Shown here piece after piece: positions 1 through 13,100 of a stretch of DNA of 64,000 nt. How positions within the stretch are numbered: position 1 is the stretch's first letter; the number at the start of each line of letters is the position of its first letter. Both the position numbers and the translations under genes were made by a program. The notes below the pieces were generated by a model. That model was not told where the DNA came from. It made no database searches and saw only the letters and a list, made by a program, of their open reading frames with translations. This DNA is from Lama guanicoe (taxonomy: Eukaryota), in assembly GCA_013239625.1 (NCBI GenBank), contig MU055657.1:14023125-14087124 (forward strand). Reading direction: 5' to 3'.

Positions 1-374
1 GCACTTAACATCAAATTTTATTTTCTCCAAGCAGATTGCCAAGAGCTTGAAGCTAGAGATCACAATTGCCTTTTGGAATATCATGTGATAACTGATATCA
101 CAGAAGTGCCAGCCAATTCAAGAGAAAGATGACACTGGCTACTTGTTTTGAGAGGGCAATTCAGGTACAGGCAGGGGGGAACTTGCTGGTTAAAGGAAAG
201 ATTGCTGATGAAGGGCAACTCTCAAAGCCTGTTGCCAACAGTTCTCTTTTGGCAGGTCACCAGTGTCACTCCGATCTCAGCTTAGCAACTGTAGATGCTA
301 ACTGCTTTGAAGTTTATCAGTCTACCTAAAGGCAAAAGCAATCATCTGATGAGTTGGATTCTCACTCATCTCAA

Positions 375-690
375 GCATCATTAAGGTGTCTTTGCCCATC
401 AGAATACATGTGTAGCTCAGTAGAATGTAGAAAGGAACTTGTATTAGCAGTCAAAATCCCAAGTCCTAGGATTTCAGCATTTATTTTCTGGGCATCCTTA
501 GGGAAAACCATTGATCTCCAAATCCTTTTCCTCATCTGAACTTTGGATAACTACACAACCCCATATTATAAGATTGTGAAAGGACCCAAGGGGCACATCT
601 AATTCAACCTCTAGCTTTTTTTTCTAAGTGAGAAAACAGAGACAAAGAATTTCATTAACTTAAGCAATGTGTCCAAGTTCATGGAACTGG
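375..690. mobile_element. Two degraded MIR/MIR3-like SINE fragments, apparently in opposite orientations
   Basis: Remnants of the MIR core: CCTTTTCCTCATCTGAA near 525-540 and GTGAGAAAACAGAGACAAAGA near 628-650. Confidence 0.45.
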
Positions 691-1074
691 AAATTCAATG
701 GAATTTACATTAGGTCAAATTAGCTCTATTCTGAAAACCAAAAGAGATAATATATATCAAAGTTGTAACGCAGAAACTGTAATATAGCGCACTATACTGA
801 ATATTTGAATAGTACATTGGCAAAGAAAGGAAGTAATGACATCTTTATGTTCCAAATGAGAAAACTAAGGCACAGGTAAATCAAAAGATTACTTGGGATC
901 AACTATCAAAGGATAGAAGTTAGGGGGTTTTTGTTGTTTTTTTTTTCTCCTTAGAGACCCTTGAAGTTGTTTTTTCTTTTTATTTTAATATGCCTGTTTT
1001 AGTAGTCTTTCCAGGAGAATATACTGGAATGGCATATTCTTTTCAACAGGATCTAAGGTTACTTGTCACTAAGT

Positions 1075-1240
1075 GGCAGTATAGAATAATAGAAAGAGCC
1101 TGAGGTCTGGAGGCAGGCAAACCTGGGTCCCAACCCCAGACCCATCTCTTACTAGCTGTATCACTTTGGATAAATATGTAATCTCCCACGTATGGAATTC
1201 TTCAGGTAAAAAAATGGAGATGTATCAAATTAGTAATAAT
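1075..1240 (+). mobile_element. MIR SINE
   Basis: GAGCCTGAGGTCTGGAGGCAGGCAAACCTGGGTCCCAACCCC...TTACTAGCTGTATCACTTTGGATAA...GTAAAAAAATGGAGAT follows the MIR consensus order. Confidence 0.75.
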
Positions 1241-2329
1241 CCTATTGAATACTTAGGGAGCATTTATCCTGTAATAGTTACTGCTTTAATAGTTTTACTA
1301 TTACTGTTCTAATAGCTTTAAATTTATTAGTTCTGTGATTCCCCAGAACAAGATTATTGTGAAAACCATTGTGAAAAGATTAAATATGGAAAGCATTTGT
1401 TTCAGTTTCTTTCCTTCCTTCCTGGTATTCATTCTGGTGACAGAATATGTGCTGTGACAAATGAATCTTCCAGCCTTTCCACTGTGCTCCAAATTAGGAA
1501 GAATGGGGATGGGAACAGAAAAGTAATGGGATTGATCGTTTCATATCTGTCACAATCTGGAGACAAATGATTGATTTTTAGTGTTTTTCCCAAGCAGTAA
1601 TGACTATGATGCTCTGGTCTAACATATGGTCATCTCGACCCAACCTGAAAGCAATAACAGCTTTCATTTATTTGATGTTAAAGTTATGTTCTTGATGTCT
1701 GTCCACAGCTGAGCAAAAAGATTTTCCCACTAAGAACTGCTTTCCAATTAAAATATAGGCAAACTACACCCATTACATAAGCACATATCATTCATGTAAT
1801 TTTATCTGGTTTAAAAAAAAAGCATAATGAGAAGGAACTAATTCTCATGGGAGATTTTTCTAAAGAAATTATATCCTATAATCAAAATCAAAATTGACTT
1901 TCCAATTAGAAAAGGAATTCAGGTCAAGAATGTGAACTAGCAGTTTCAAAATACAACCACATATATGGTTTAGAATGAATATTAAAAACAAACTCTTTTT
2001 GCTGCCCTATTTACCAGAAGATCTTTTCAGCAGTTTCTGTAAATTCTTACCTTGTTGCCAAAGAGTGATCTGAGGTTCAAAAGCAACTGGAGAACAGAGC
2101 TATTATCTCATGTGACTTTTCATTAGTGCTGGGCCTTATGGTGACTGAACATCTTTCTTTCCAGAAGCTCAGAGACATCGTTTACTGAGCTGCAATGCTA
2201 ATTTGTGCTTTGGAACAAAGCTTGAGCTAGTCCTTACTTCAGAGACGTTGCAAAATGAACCAGGGTAGAAGCCATGGTACCCAGAGCTTGTAGTTTTGGG
2301 GATTTTCAAATTTTCAACAACAAACTATT

Positions 2330-3475
2330 TGAGGATTACTCTTAAGTCTACATATTTAGTCATAACCTCTCGTCTGAATTTTAAATAGACTATATTAGCC
2401 ATGTCCTCTAGAGGTCCCAGAGGCATCTCAAATTCAACTCGTCCCACATGTACTCGTAGTGTAGTCTCCTCCAAATCTGCTCCTTTGCTCCGCTGCATCT
2501 TGATGAATGATTTGCCGTCTCCCTAGGTGTCCAAGCCAGAAACCTGACCATCATTCCTGAGTCTTCCTTCCATTCCGCATTTGCCTCCAACGAATCTTCT
2601 GAAATGTCTTTGAATCTGCTCACTCCTCCAACCACTATCCTCATTTTCCTCTCTCCTGGATTATTGTCATAGCTTCCTAATGGGTTTGCCCGTCTCCAGG
2701 GTAACCATTTTCCTTTCCACCCACTGAACTGCTGCCAGGGTGTGCTTTCTGAATAACAAGTCTGATCTTGTCATTCACACAGTTAAAATCCTCCAGTGGA
2801 TCCTAGCCACTTACAGCATGAAAATTCAACCTCCCCCTCACCCCNNNNNNNNNNNNNNNNNNNNNNNNNNNNNNNNNNNNNNNNNNNNNNNNNNNNNNNN
2901 NNNNNNNNNNNNNNNNNNNNNNNNNNNNNNNNNNNNNNNNNNNNNNNNNNNNNNNNNNNNNNNNNNNNNNNNNNNNNNNNNNNNNNNNNNNNNNNNNNNN
3001 NNNNNNNNNNNNNNNNNNNNNNNNNNNNNNNCCCCCCGCCTCCCCACTCCTGTGCCCCACAAGTGTAGCCTGCTCAGGCTGTTTTTGATCTGGCTCCCAT
3101 GTCTTTCATTTGCAACCCAAGACCATCCTCCCTGCACTTCTCACAGTGTGGCCTCACATGATACTCTTCCATGTTTCCATGGCTTTGTATGTGTGGTTCC
3201 CAGGTCTGGACCAGCCTTTCTCTCTTCCACCCCTGAACACCTCCTCACAGTTCGGGTGGCACCGCTTCTGGGCAGCTCTCCTTACGTCCCTCTGTGCATA
3301 TGCTGAGTTGTAATCTCAGTAGTTTTTACTTCATTATATTTTAATTCATTGTTTATATAATAGTTTCCCCTCCTTTCTGTGTATTCATTTGAGCGTTCTT
3401 TGTATTCCCAGCATCTATCAGGGTGCTTGGCAGTAGAGTAGGAACTCGGTACATGTTTACTGAATGTGAATGAAC
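2330..3475 (+). mobile_element. L2 LINE 3' region, spanning an assembly gap
   Basis: L2-type segments GGCATCTCAAATTCAAC, CAAGCCAGAAACCTG, AAGTCTGATCTTGTCATTC and terminal TCCCCAGCATCTATCAGGGTGCTTGGCA...TGAATGAA. Confidence 0.8.
2845..3031. other. Assembly gap (187 N)
   Basis: N run flanked by C-rich sequence. Confidence 0.99.
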
Positions 3476-5859
3476 ACTGAGGCAGCCTGTTTCAGTCAAA
3501 GTGCAGCAACCACGGGCATGCAGCTTACTACCGTTTTTTCAGAATTGTCTCCATGTGCAAAACCAAGGACAGCAAGACCTGTCTTCCTGTGCTGCTATAA
3601 TTAAATAAGACATGGTCATACTCTGTAAATAATACATCAACATACTCATAAATATATCATCTTTAAGGTCATATAATTATTGTGATCCATTACACACTGA
3701 ACAATATATTTCTAAAAACTGATTTATCAATACACATGACACACAGGGACACGTCACTAAACAGCCAAGGCCCCCTTTCCTTGCCATCTCCTTTGTTTTC
3801 CTTCCTCCTGCCACCAATGCACGTGCCTTTCATGTTATAACTACCGTAACTGGTATCTCAAATTTGCTGTCCCCTTTCACCCCTGCGTGACTTTGCTCTT
3901 GCTGTTCCCCAGCTCAGAATGTCCCTTTCTTCTGCTCTCCTGGTGAATTTATCCTCCACAGTCCACCTCCAGACTTCTATCCTCTTCCTGGCCTGTCCTG
4001 TCCCCACCCAGGCAGACCGATCATGCTCCCCCCTCACCCCTCAACAGCTGGTGTATGTTTGCACCATTGTCTGCAGTTGTATGCATGTGTTCATCTAATG
4101 GTTGCACCATTGATTTGGTTTTTGTGTGTTTATCTTTTCCACATCCTCTTGTGAGCTCCTTGAGGTGCCACCTCATTTTCCTGGGACTGTGACCATTTCC
4201 CTGGGATTGCCCTCTGCACAGTGGGTCTCACTCAGATTCCCAACGAAACTGGACACAATGGAGACAAAATATTTATGCATCCACAGCCCCCCAGATTGTC
4301 CCTTTCCTGGATGAAGTGTTTGTAGTCTGAGAGACAGCTCTGGGCTCATGAGTTACTCCCTGAGTTCCCCTTGATGACTGCCTGACATCTGCCTGGGGCA
4401 GAAAACGAACATTTTAGACCAAGAGTAACATTTAATTGTGCCTCCTTCTCCATTCATATTAACTTTAATATTTTATTATACTTAGAATCAATCATATTGT
4501 TTGCGATTTCTCTTGCAACACTCTTGTGAGATAGAAGAACAGGTGATTGTAAACTTATTTGTAGAAAGGTGGCTTGGTTAAAATCTTATAGTGAACTCAA
4601 GAAATGACTTTCTTTTTCATGACTTGATCACTGGCAAATCACTCATCCAGTTTTTGGTGCTTGCGGAGCTACTTATAAAATGAGACAGTTGGTAAAGCAA
4701 AGCTAATCTGAAGTCAGACATGTAACTTGTGTGATCATGAATCACGGCAGACTGTATGCTGTAGACTAAAAATGCATCTTGGTTTGTACAAAGTAACCTA
4801 AATCAGGAATTTTCTTCCTTGAACCCTGAGCATATGATGAGGGGGAAAAGAAAGAAAGAAAGAAATATTCTATATGAGCCAAGAAAAGTATTAATATAAA
4901 AATAACTTTTGGATCCATGAGTTGAATCTTGCAAATGTCTGTTTATAAGTATTGCTGTCTATTATGTTCATCTATATAAAATATCTCAGAACAAGTGATC
5001 TCGTATCTGTCTGAAAATAGAATAGCCCTACTTAATTATCCATCTCATTGTCCTGCTACTAAAGGCTCTACCAATTCACCTAGACAAAGATTAGCAGGGG
5101 GAGATGTAGGGGCAAGGCACAGCACTAAAGGGCACTAGACATTTCAGTGTCTAGAGTAGAATGAATCGTCTCCTCTTGTCATCCTCAACTAAAGGGATAG
5201 GAAATATAATTTCAGAATTATTTTGTTAACCCATGCAGAAACAATCTGTCTACTCTGCCAAGTGCCACCTGAGATTAGAGCGTTCACTCATTAGTTCATT
5301 TAACAAGTACTTACTGAAAAACTGCTTTAAACCATGTTACTCAACCTTGGAGTTGTTTTTTAAAGACTAATGTTCATGACGTATCAGCCAGTGAAGATAA
5401 ATTTGGTGTCATTCAGCAATTTTACATGTTGATTCTCCAAGCTCCTACCTTCTTGAATAACAGAGAATCTAGAGGGTCCTAGAAGTGGAACCAAAACATA
5501 GCCCAGAATCCACCAGTATTTATATTCTTGATAACATTACTTTCCAGTTTGTCCATAGACTCATTGATGAGTTGCTAAATACTAAGTAAGAGACAGAGGT
5601 CAGCTCTTCCTTTCCTAACCACCTAGGAATCCCGTCGCGAGTGGTGGTGGTGGTGGGGAGTATAGATGAGCTGTTTACACGAACCACAGAGTCTGCCCAC
5701 TGCTCCAGTAGCCTGACTGTAGCTTTCCCCCTGCCTCCTTGTCTGACATGTCTGAGGTCTGTACTCTGTCCTGTGTCCCAGCCAGACCCATCCAGACAGC
5801 ATCCTTCACTCTACACTGTTATTGCTCTTGCCTTTATGGATATAATCTGTTTAGTCATG

Positions 5860-6331
5860 TGTGATAAGCAGGGTAATGGCCCCTCAAAGATGTTCACAAT
5901 CGAATCCCCCAGAACCCATGAATATGCCATGTTGCACAGCAAAATGAATTGAGGTACAGATTGAATTGAGGTCGCTAATCAATTGACCTTAAAATAAAGA
6001 GTTTATTCTGGATTATCCAGGTGGGCTTAATGTAATCACAAGGGTCCTTAGATGGAAGAGGGAGTCAAAAGAGGAGATCGGACTGATGCAAGGTAAGAAG
6101 GACTTGATCCACTATTGTTGACTTTAAAAGGGGCACCATCCATGGGATGAGTGGCCTCTAGGAGCCGGAAAAGGCGAGGTAGCAGACGTTCTAGTAGAGG
6201 CGTCGGCAGGAGCACAGCCCCACTGGCACCTTGACTGCTGACCTACAGAACTATAGGGTCATAAATCTGTGTTGTTTTAAGCCCACCAAGTTTGTGGTAA
6301 TTTGTTATGGCAGCTGTGGAAACATAATGCA
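5860..6331 (+). mobile_element. ERVL-MaLR solo LTR, MLT1D-like
   Basis: TG start, AATGGCCCCTCAAAGATGTTCAC, CTGGATTATCCAGGTGGGCTTAATGTAATCACAAGGGTCCTT, and the MLT1 3' end ATAAATCTGTGTTGTTTTAAGCC...TTTGTGGTAATTTGTTATGGCAGC. Confidence 0.85.
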
Positions 6332-6535
6332 GCATCACTATTATAGAGACTTCCTGTCTGAGCACGACCTTGGGAAATGGGATTCCCACACTCTCCTAGA
6401 GGGCTCCTGTATCTGACTTTGAATTTTCGTGACTTTTCTCCCTAGACAGGATGATGCATCCACATTTCTTACATCAGTGCCTTTAACAGGGTGGGTGGAG
6501 CCCACCGAGAGATGCTTGAGCCCCTGGTGATATCC

Positions 6536-6680
6536 TTTTTTTTTTAAACATCTTTATTGCTATATGATTCCTGTACAGTAAATTACACAAATTTCAGTTA
6601 TACAATTTGATGAATTTTGATAGATGTATACACCAATAAAACCAACATCACAATCAAGATAGTTAACATTTCCAAGAGGT
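6536..6680 (-). mobile_element. Old L1 (L1M) 3' end fragment
   Basis: Poly-T then TTTATTG..TATGATT...TACAATTTGATGAATTTTGATAGATGTATACACC...CACAATCAAGATA, the antisense L1MB/MC 3' UTR pattern. Confidence 0.75.
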
Positions 6681-7260
6681 ACAAATTTTGAATTTTTTAA
6701 AAGTCCTTCTTGCATCTGGGGCACAGATATTCCGGACTGGTTTGAAGTGTGCTGAGTGGGGAATTGCTCATGTGCCATCTCACTTGTACCTGGAACTACT
6801 GCCCCTCTTTCACACATAGGCCACACTGAGAGGTCATGCCCTGCCCACCAGATCTGATGTGGTTCTTTTTCCTTTAAGGGCCCCATGGTCTTCTAGAGGA
6901 GTGTGGGTCCTCCTCCCCACCTCTAGTCTTTTACCAGATATGTCTACATGTGTTGAACACTAATGGTGGACAGGGTTCATGCTCTTTCCCAGGACTTTTT
7001 GGAGCTCCAAGAAAATCAGGCATGTAACCAGACCACTGTTTCTGTGAATACCACATATTCTGATGTGATGGGTAAGAAGTTTCCCAAGCATTCTAGACCA
7101 AAGAAAGAGGCGTATATGCTTGAACACTTCTCGATTTGCTGTCCTAATTCAGCTCCAGCATAGCCAATGTGCACTGTGACATGAAAGTATGTATCAGGTG
7201 GCCCCTGTCCTCAAGGAGCTTAGGTACCGATTGGAGGGACAATGCACAACGTGATCTTTC

Positions 7261-7385
7261 CAGTGGTTGATATGCAGCAGCTGTGCACTGGTGTTGCTGC
7301 ATGGCTGGATCGTTTTGGTTGGCCAGGGCCGTGTTGCCTTGGCCATTTGATCTGCCATATTGGCTGTTAAATGTTTTGGATGTGG
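7261..7385 (-). mobile_element. MER53-like hAT DNA transposon fragment
   Basis: CAGTGGTTGATATGCAGC...GGCTGTTAAATGTTTTGGAT resembles the reverse complement of the MER53 ends. Confidence 0.5.
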
Positions 7386-7924
7386 GAGAACAGTAAAATT
7401 GAACTTAACTCATCTTCAGGTTGGAAATGGAAACTAATTGGGGAGAAGAACCTTGGAGAATTAATAAGAGCTCCTAAGCAGTAGAAAGAGAATTCTAGGA
7501 CATGGGCAAAGGTCAAGATTCAAACAATTGTTTGCTGTGGAAGAGTTAAGTAATCCAGAGTGGCTATAGTGGGTGCCAAGTAAGTGCCACTTGCCAGAGG
7601 GGGCCAGAGGGCTCTAGATAATTCATTTCTAAAGTAATTTGGTTATAATTTTTTTTGAAAAACCTGATTAACCTAACAATTTGCTTAAAAAATTTTTTGT
7701 TGTTGAAATGAACATCTCTGGTTGCCTTTTTTTTCCCTCAAAGATTGTTCATTTTGGTGCACTATGAAACAAATAGTCCATATGGCTTGAACTATTATTG
7801 ATTCGTAAAATGGTTTTTTAATTTTAATTTTTAAAACTTTGAATTAGTTGCTTAGCTATTTCTTTCTTTCTTGGGCTATTTGTAATCGTTGAAAGCACAG
7901 CCCAAATACACATCAGTAGCAGGA

Positions 7925-8165
7925 AGTATAATGAGTGCTTAGAAGCATGGTTGGTCTGTGTATAAATCTCATGTCCGGATATAGCAACAATGCAGCCTTG
8001 AACTTCAGCATAGCATCTCTAAGTTCCCGTTTTCACATTTATAAAATGACATTCGTCATATCTACCTCACAGAATTACTGAGGATTAGAACAGACAATTA
8101 AAGCTAAAACTTGCCACAGTGCCCAGCACACAGTAACCTGTCGCGCATTAAAATGTAGCTTCTTT
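7925..8165 (+). mobile_element. MIR SINE
   Basis: CTCTAAGTTCCCGTTTTCACATTTATAAAATG...CTACCTCACAGAATTACTGAGGATTA...ACAGTGCCCAGCACACAGTAA. Confidence 0.7.
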
Positions 8166-10244
8166 CATCATTAATTTCTCCTATTACTTTTTCCTTTTTT
8201 AAGAAGCAATGAATTATTACTGCAGGAAAAAAATAGAGTAAATACAAAAACTACAATAATCCCACCCATTCAAAGACAACCCTATCACTAACTTGCTGAA
8301 TATTTTCCAAATCCTTTTATATGATTTCTAAATATTTTTACATATCACAGATATTTTTCTGTAAAATGAAATTATATCATGTATGCACTATTATAACCTA
8401 CTGTAGTTAATTTAAGCAATCCATCATTTGATGGACATTTATGCTATTCCAAGTTTTTGCTATATGTCAGTGCAAGGCAAAAAAAGTGAATTATAAATTA
8501 AAAAGCAGTAATCATTCTCAAATTTGACACAAATACTTTCATACACACAGAGTAACCAAAAAAATGCAAAATTGGCCAATACCTTAAACAATTTGGTCAT
8601 CATGTAAACTTCATTTTCATGCGGCTCTGCTTTCTTTCCATTAGAATGTTCTTCAAAATATTTTATTTAATGTTCGAGGTAAGTCATTTGCTATCAGGAA
8701 AAAAGTAAAACTTTAATGGTAGAAGGAGGTGAGGGCATAAAGGGCTTATATGTCTATTAAAGAACTTGACTATGCAGGATGTAGAAACTTTGAGGAGTTT
8801 TTAAGCAGAGACTGAGGAGGGCCCATCCTGGGTTTAGACCATGTAAAACTGAGACCTGGAAAGGGTTACTCAGTTAAACTGAAAATTCCAGTAAGTTGCC
8901 TTGGATCCTTTCCGGACAAAGTTAAGTAAGATACAACTAAGGGTTAAGCCAAATGGATCACAGCTCTTTCATTCCCTGTTGGAACTTGTAGGCATTACTT
9001 TTTTTGGTGTAAAACGTGTTACACTAATTATCTCTGAATATCTGTTGTCCATATTAGTATTCTAAAGATGAAGGAAAAAATAAATTAGCTGTTACTTTAC
9101 TTATGACCCGGACTGACTGGACAGCACAAGGAAATGGTTAATGCCTCCTGGTTTCAAGGATGCACTTTATCTCAGCGACCGTGTCAAAGAGTTACTGTCC
9201 AAAGCGGAGGCTTTCTCAGGCAGGTTCCTCCTCCACTTCCGTGCCCTCTGACACAGGCAAACTGTGCAGAATGTGTCAGTCTTACTTAGTGGTCTTGTCA
9301 GTTTTCTTTTAACTCCATCCCTGAAGTAGGCATATTTTTTTAAAACATGTCTAAGATTTTTTTTTTAAATATCTTCTCTCTGATGACAAGTCTGATTGAC
9401 CGACATTTGGGCACAAGAAAATTGTCCGTCATCAGCTCTGTGAATACACACGCCTACCTGATTCAGCCACTGCGCTCAGCTTGCTACCAGTCCTTTTGTT
9501 TTACGTTCATTAAAATTCCTATCAGGACACAAAATACTGAACATCACCCAAAACAAAACCAAACAAAACCAACCAACCAAAAGGAAAAAAAAAAATCTTA
9601 GGAGCAGATACAGCCATGTTGCTTGATGAAGAAACAAAACAAACCATTTATATATTGCTTACTCTTCCTTAGCTCAGTGTAATTTTTTTTTAATTTGTAG
9701 TTTTGTGGCAGTTCAAAAAAACCCCAAATATTAGGTTTTTGTTTATCAATTTTCTTTGCCTCATGAAGATAAAGTGAAAAACAGATAATGGAAGAGTTCA
9801 GTCTTTCACATGCCCTCCAAATATTTAGTATAGTGGAATAGCCTGTCTCTCATTTTAATTCAGATAGTTTGGTTATTATAGCTTCTAAAATATAATTTTG
9901 CTGCATACAAGTTTAGAAAGCATGGGGTTAAAATACATGTTTTATTTACATAAACTAAAGAAACCTCTACCAACCATATGTTACATAAACATGCAAATAA
10001 TTTGGTCTTTATTTTTTAAAGACACAAATGCAAGTTAATTTCAACTTAAGAGAATGCAGTTGCATCCCAAGGGAAAACCAGACCCTAGTTCAGGGTTGAC
10101 TTTTCACTTGATAGAAGCTATTTGGTTTTATTTTGTTTGTTATTGAATGCATATGCACTCACTGGTTTTACATCGTTGTGTAGTAGGTAATAAGAAAGAG
10201 AGACTGAAAGGTCATATGTTAGGCATTTTTTTTTTAACAGACAT

Positions 10245-10737
10245 TGTGGTAAACTAGAGAAACAACCATTTTCAGTGACTGTGGCAGAGGCTTCTGTTTG
10301 TCTCATAGGATTTGCTCTCAAGGTCTCTTCCGATAACAGAAAGCCTGACTGGGGGTTTGGCACATCACCACTGGAGGCAACGACTTATTTTTTGATCTCC
10401 CTGACTAGGTGTGGTCCTCCCTGGCTAGGTGTGCTGTATGTGTGCTCAACTTCTGAAACATTTCCTCCTTCTCCCTCCCTCCTTTCTGCTGCTTGGAGGT
10501 GGGTACAATGGCCACCTACTCATCTTGAACTGTGAGGATAAGGAAGCATCCTGGAGGTGGTGGTGTGAAAACTGAAAGTAACATGTGCCCCAGATCCAAC
10601 TATGGAATCGCTGAGCCATCTCTAAACTACCTCAATCCAGACTTTTATGCAAAAGGGAATGAAGATTCATCTTGTTTATGTTTCCTGTACTTAAGATCTC
10701 TACTATGAGCTGACAAATATAAGCCCGAATGGATATG
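10245..10737 (+). mobile_element. Old MLT1 (MLT1J/K-like) LTR, putative 5' LTR
   Basis: Pyrimidine tract then CATCTTGAACTGTGAGGATAAGG...CTACCTCAATCCAGACTTTT...ATCTTGTTTA; runs directly into MaLR internal-like sequence; 5' boundary uncertain. Confidence 0.55.
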
Positions 10738-12296
10738 AAATTTGATGTCCTGAAAGTAGAGTGTTGGCTGTGACAAAAATGAAAATGTAGATGCTGATGG
10801 CTCGGATAAGGGAAGCTGAAAAGCTGAAAAACTCCTATTATGGTATGGAAAAGCATTAATGAAATGGTTCCTATCTTAGAAAGCAGAGCACATGCTATGG
10901 TCGCATTAAGGGAAATGGTAGGAAAACTTCAAGATACTGTCCTATGTTTGTTACTTCTTGCTGCTTTAGCAGAATCTACAAAAAGGGTAGTAAACTCAGT
11001 TGGGAGCTAATCAGTCTGGAAGCAGACTGCATCCTGCAATACAAGTCGACCAAGAGTCTAGTACTGTTACATCAGTAAGTTAGTTCTCACTGCCTCTGTC
11101 TGGTGCTCACTCTGCCAGGCATCATAGCAGTGCTTTACGTCTTAAGTAGCTTGATCTTCAAGTAACACAATGAAGTAGGTATACTTTTTGCCCCATTTTG
11201 CAGATCAGGATCAAAGAGGTGAAATAACTTGACAGCTGAACATCTTAAAAGGGAGGAACCTGGTTTGAACTAGGCTATTTGGGTCCAGAGTCCATATTCC
11301 TAACAGTCAGTGGAATTGGACCTTATGAGACTGAAAAAACAAATTGCCTTTGTACCTCGGACTGAAGCAGTTTAAAGTACAGGCTGCAAAGCGGCAGACT
11401 TAGCAGAAGATAAGGTGGTGCCTCTGAGTCTTTCCCGAGCACCTGTAGTTAATTGTTCTCTGCCAGACAATGGAGACAGGTCAGTGGCAAAGATCAGATG
11501 AAGAGTCTGGTCTCCCACTTCAGCTTGTTTCAAATGTCTAAGAGAACCAGGCTGAGACATGAAGGGAGGAGGGCGGGCAGAGCCGGAGGCCATAAGTAAA
11601 AGACCTGTGATTCTTCAGTCTTAAAAACTGACTCTCCAAGATTTTCCTCTGTCGTTATTAACACATAGAACTGACCAGGTGCAAATAAACTGGAAAGCCA
11701 TTAGATTTTGAAGAAATAAAATTACAAAAAAAAGAAAAAACCAAAAAAACAAAACCCACCAAATCCTGTTCAATCCCGTAAGCTTGGGATTAAACCCAAC
11801 CTTTTTCTTGGCCTCCAAACCAGTACCAGTGAGGGGCAGGCTACAAAATCCCTACAGATTTAAAAAGGACACCTTCTCCAGGGCCCACCTCAGAGGAGCT
11901 GTGGAGAATAGTGAACAAGGATGTCCACTCAGGGGAGCTTTCAGAGGGGGTAACCTGGGAACTTACTCTGCTAACCAGAGGGGAGTCATCATTATTCCTG
12001 CCCAACAAGACATGATACCTTCCAGGATAGTTCTATTTCCCACTCTCTGTTTTCTGCTTGGGAGTTTTTCTTATGGTTGCCTTGTTTTCGGTACACTGAG
12101 GTAAACTTTTGTTGGGGCAGGTAACTGGACTATGAGGAGCAGTATATGTATCTATTACAGATGACATAACTACCCATCCACTCAGATATTCTAGACTTGA
12201 TGGACTCTGAAAATCTCTCTCCTGGGGAGAGACTGAGTCAGAGGGGCTTGTGGGAAGAAAGGTGTATGTGAATATATATGTGGCCAAAGTGACAGG
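10738..12296 (+). mobile_element. MLT1 internal sequence (MaLR-int), interrupted by a MIR
   Basis: Begins GAAATTTGATGTCCTGAAAGTAGAGTGTTGGCTGTGACAAAAA right after the LTR; contains MaLR-int-like GTTACTTCTTGCTGCTTTAG and CAAAGATCAGAT; ends TGTGGCCAAAGTGACAGG before a second LTR. Confidence 0.6.
11095..11305 (-). mobile_element. MIR SINE nested in the MLT1 internal region
   Basis: GTGCTTTAC...CCCCATTTTGCAGAT...AGAGGTGAAATAACTTG...GGTTTGAACTAGG...TCCAGAGTCCAT is antisense MIR. Confidence 0.8.
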
Positions 12297-12563
12297 TGAT
12301 GCCTGATGCTAGTTGTCCTGTAATATCTCTTTTGTCTTGCTGTGTAAAACTGAGATCATAATCAATTGGAATAAAAGACTTTCATTCCCAGCCTAACTTG
12401 CAGCTGACTGTGACCATGTAACTGAGATCTGGCCAATGGAATGGGAGAGGAAATGTTGCAGGCAATTTTTGAAACATGTCCTTAAAGGGGGAGGGTGTGT
12501 CCCTTCTCCTTACCTTCATCCAACCTTTTTCTTGAAACAGGAGAAAAATGGCTAGAGATCCAT

Positions 12564-12765
12564 TGTGGAGGTCTGGATGATACCCCAACCCTCTTGTTCC
12601 CAAAAGAGATCCACGTCCTAGTCCCTGGAACCTGAGTGTCACCTTATACAGCAAACAGTAACTTCATGGTCATGATTTGAATAAAGATCTTGAGAAAGGG
12701 AGATTATATTGGATCATCCATGTGGGCTCTAAATGTAATCTCTCTCTTTCTCTCTCTGTCTCTCA

Positions 12766-12804
<39 letters not shown>

Positions 12805-13100
12805 CCTTTTTGAGAGAGGTTGAGGGAGATTTGCCACAGAAAAAAAGAGAAGACAATGTGACTATGGAGGCAGAAACTGGAGTGATGTGGCCACAAGCCA
12901 AGAAATGCTATAGCCACCAGGAGCTGGGAGAGACAAGGAATGGACTGCCCCTTGGACACCTCCAGAGAAAGCGTAGCCCCCTTGATTTGGGTCCAGATCC
13001 TAGACTTCTGGCCTCCAGAACTTTCAGAGAATACATTTCTGTTGCTTTAAGCCACCAAGTTTGTGGCCACTTGTTACAGGAGCCCCAGGAAGCTAATTCA
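12564..13100 (+). mobile_element. ERVL-MaLR solo LTR, MLT1C/D-like, with TG...CA ends and a 5-bp TSD
   Basis: TG at 12564, CA at 13099-13100; flanks TCCAT (12559-63) and TCCAC (13101-05); GGAGGCAGAAACTGGAGTGATGTGGCCACAAGCCAAG and GACTTCTGGCCTCCAGAAC. Confidence 0.9.
12738..12803. repeat. Compound (CT)n-(CA)n microsatellite inside the LTR
   Basis: Directly visible; about 17 CA units. Confidence 0.95.

Noticed and set aside
9381-9462. Possible C/D-box snoRNA (TGATGA...CTGA)
   Set aside because: Box C lacks the leading purine, there is no terminal stem and I recognise no rRNA guide
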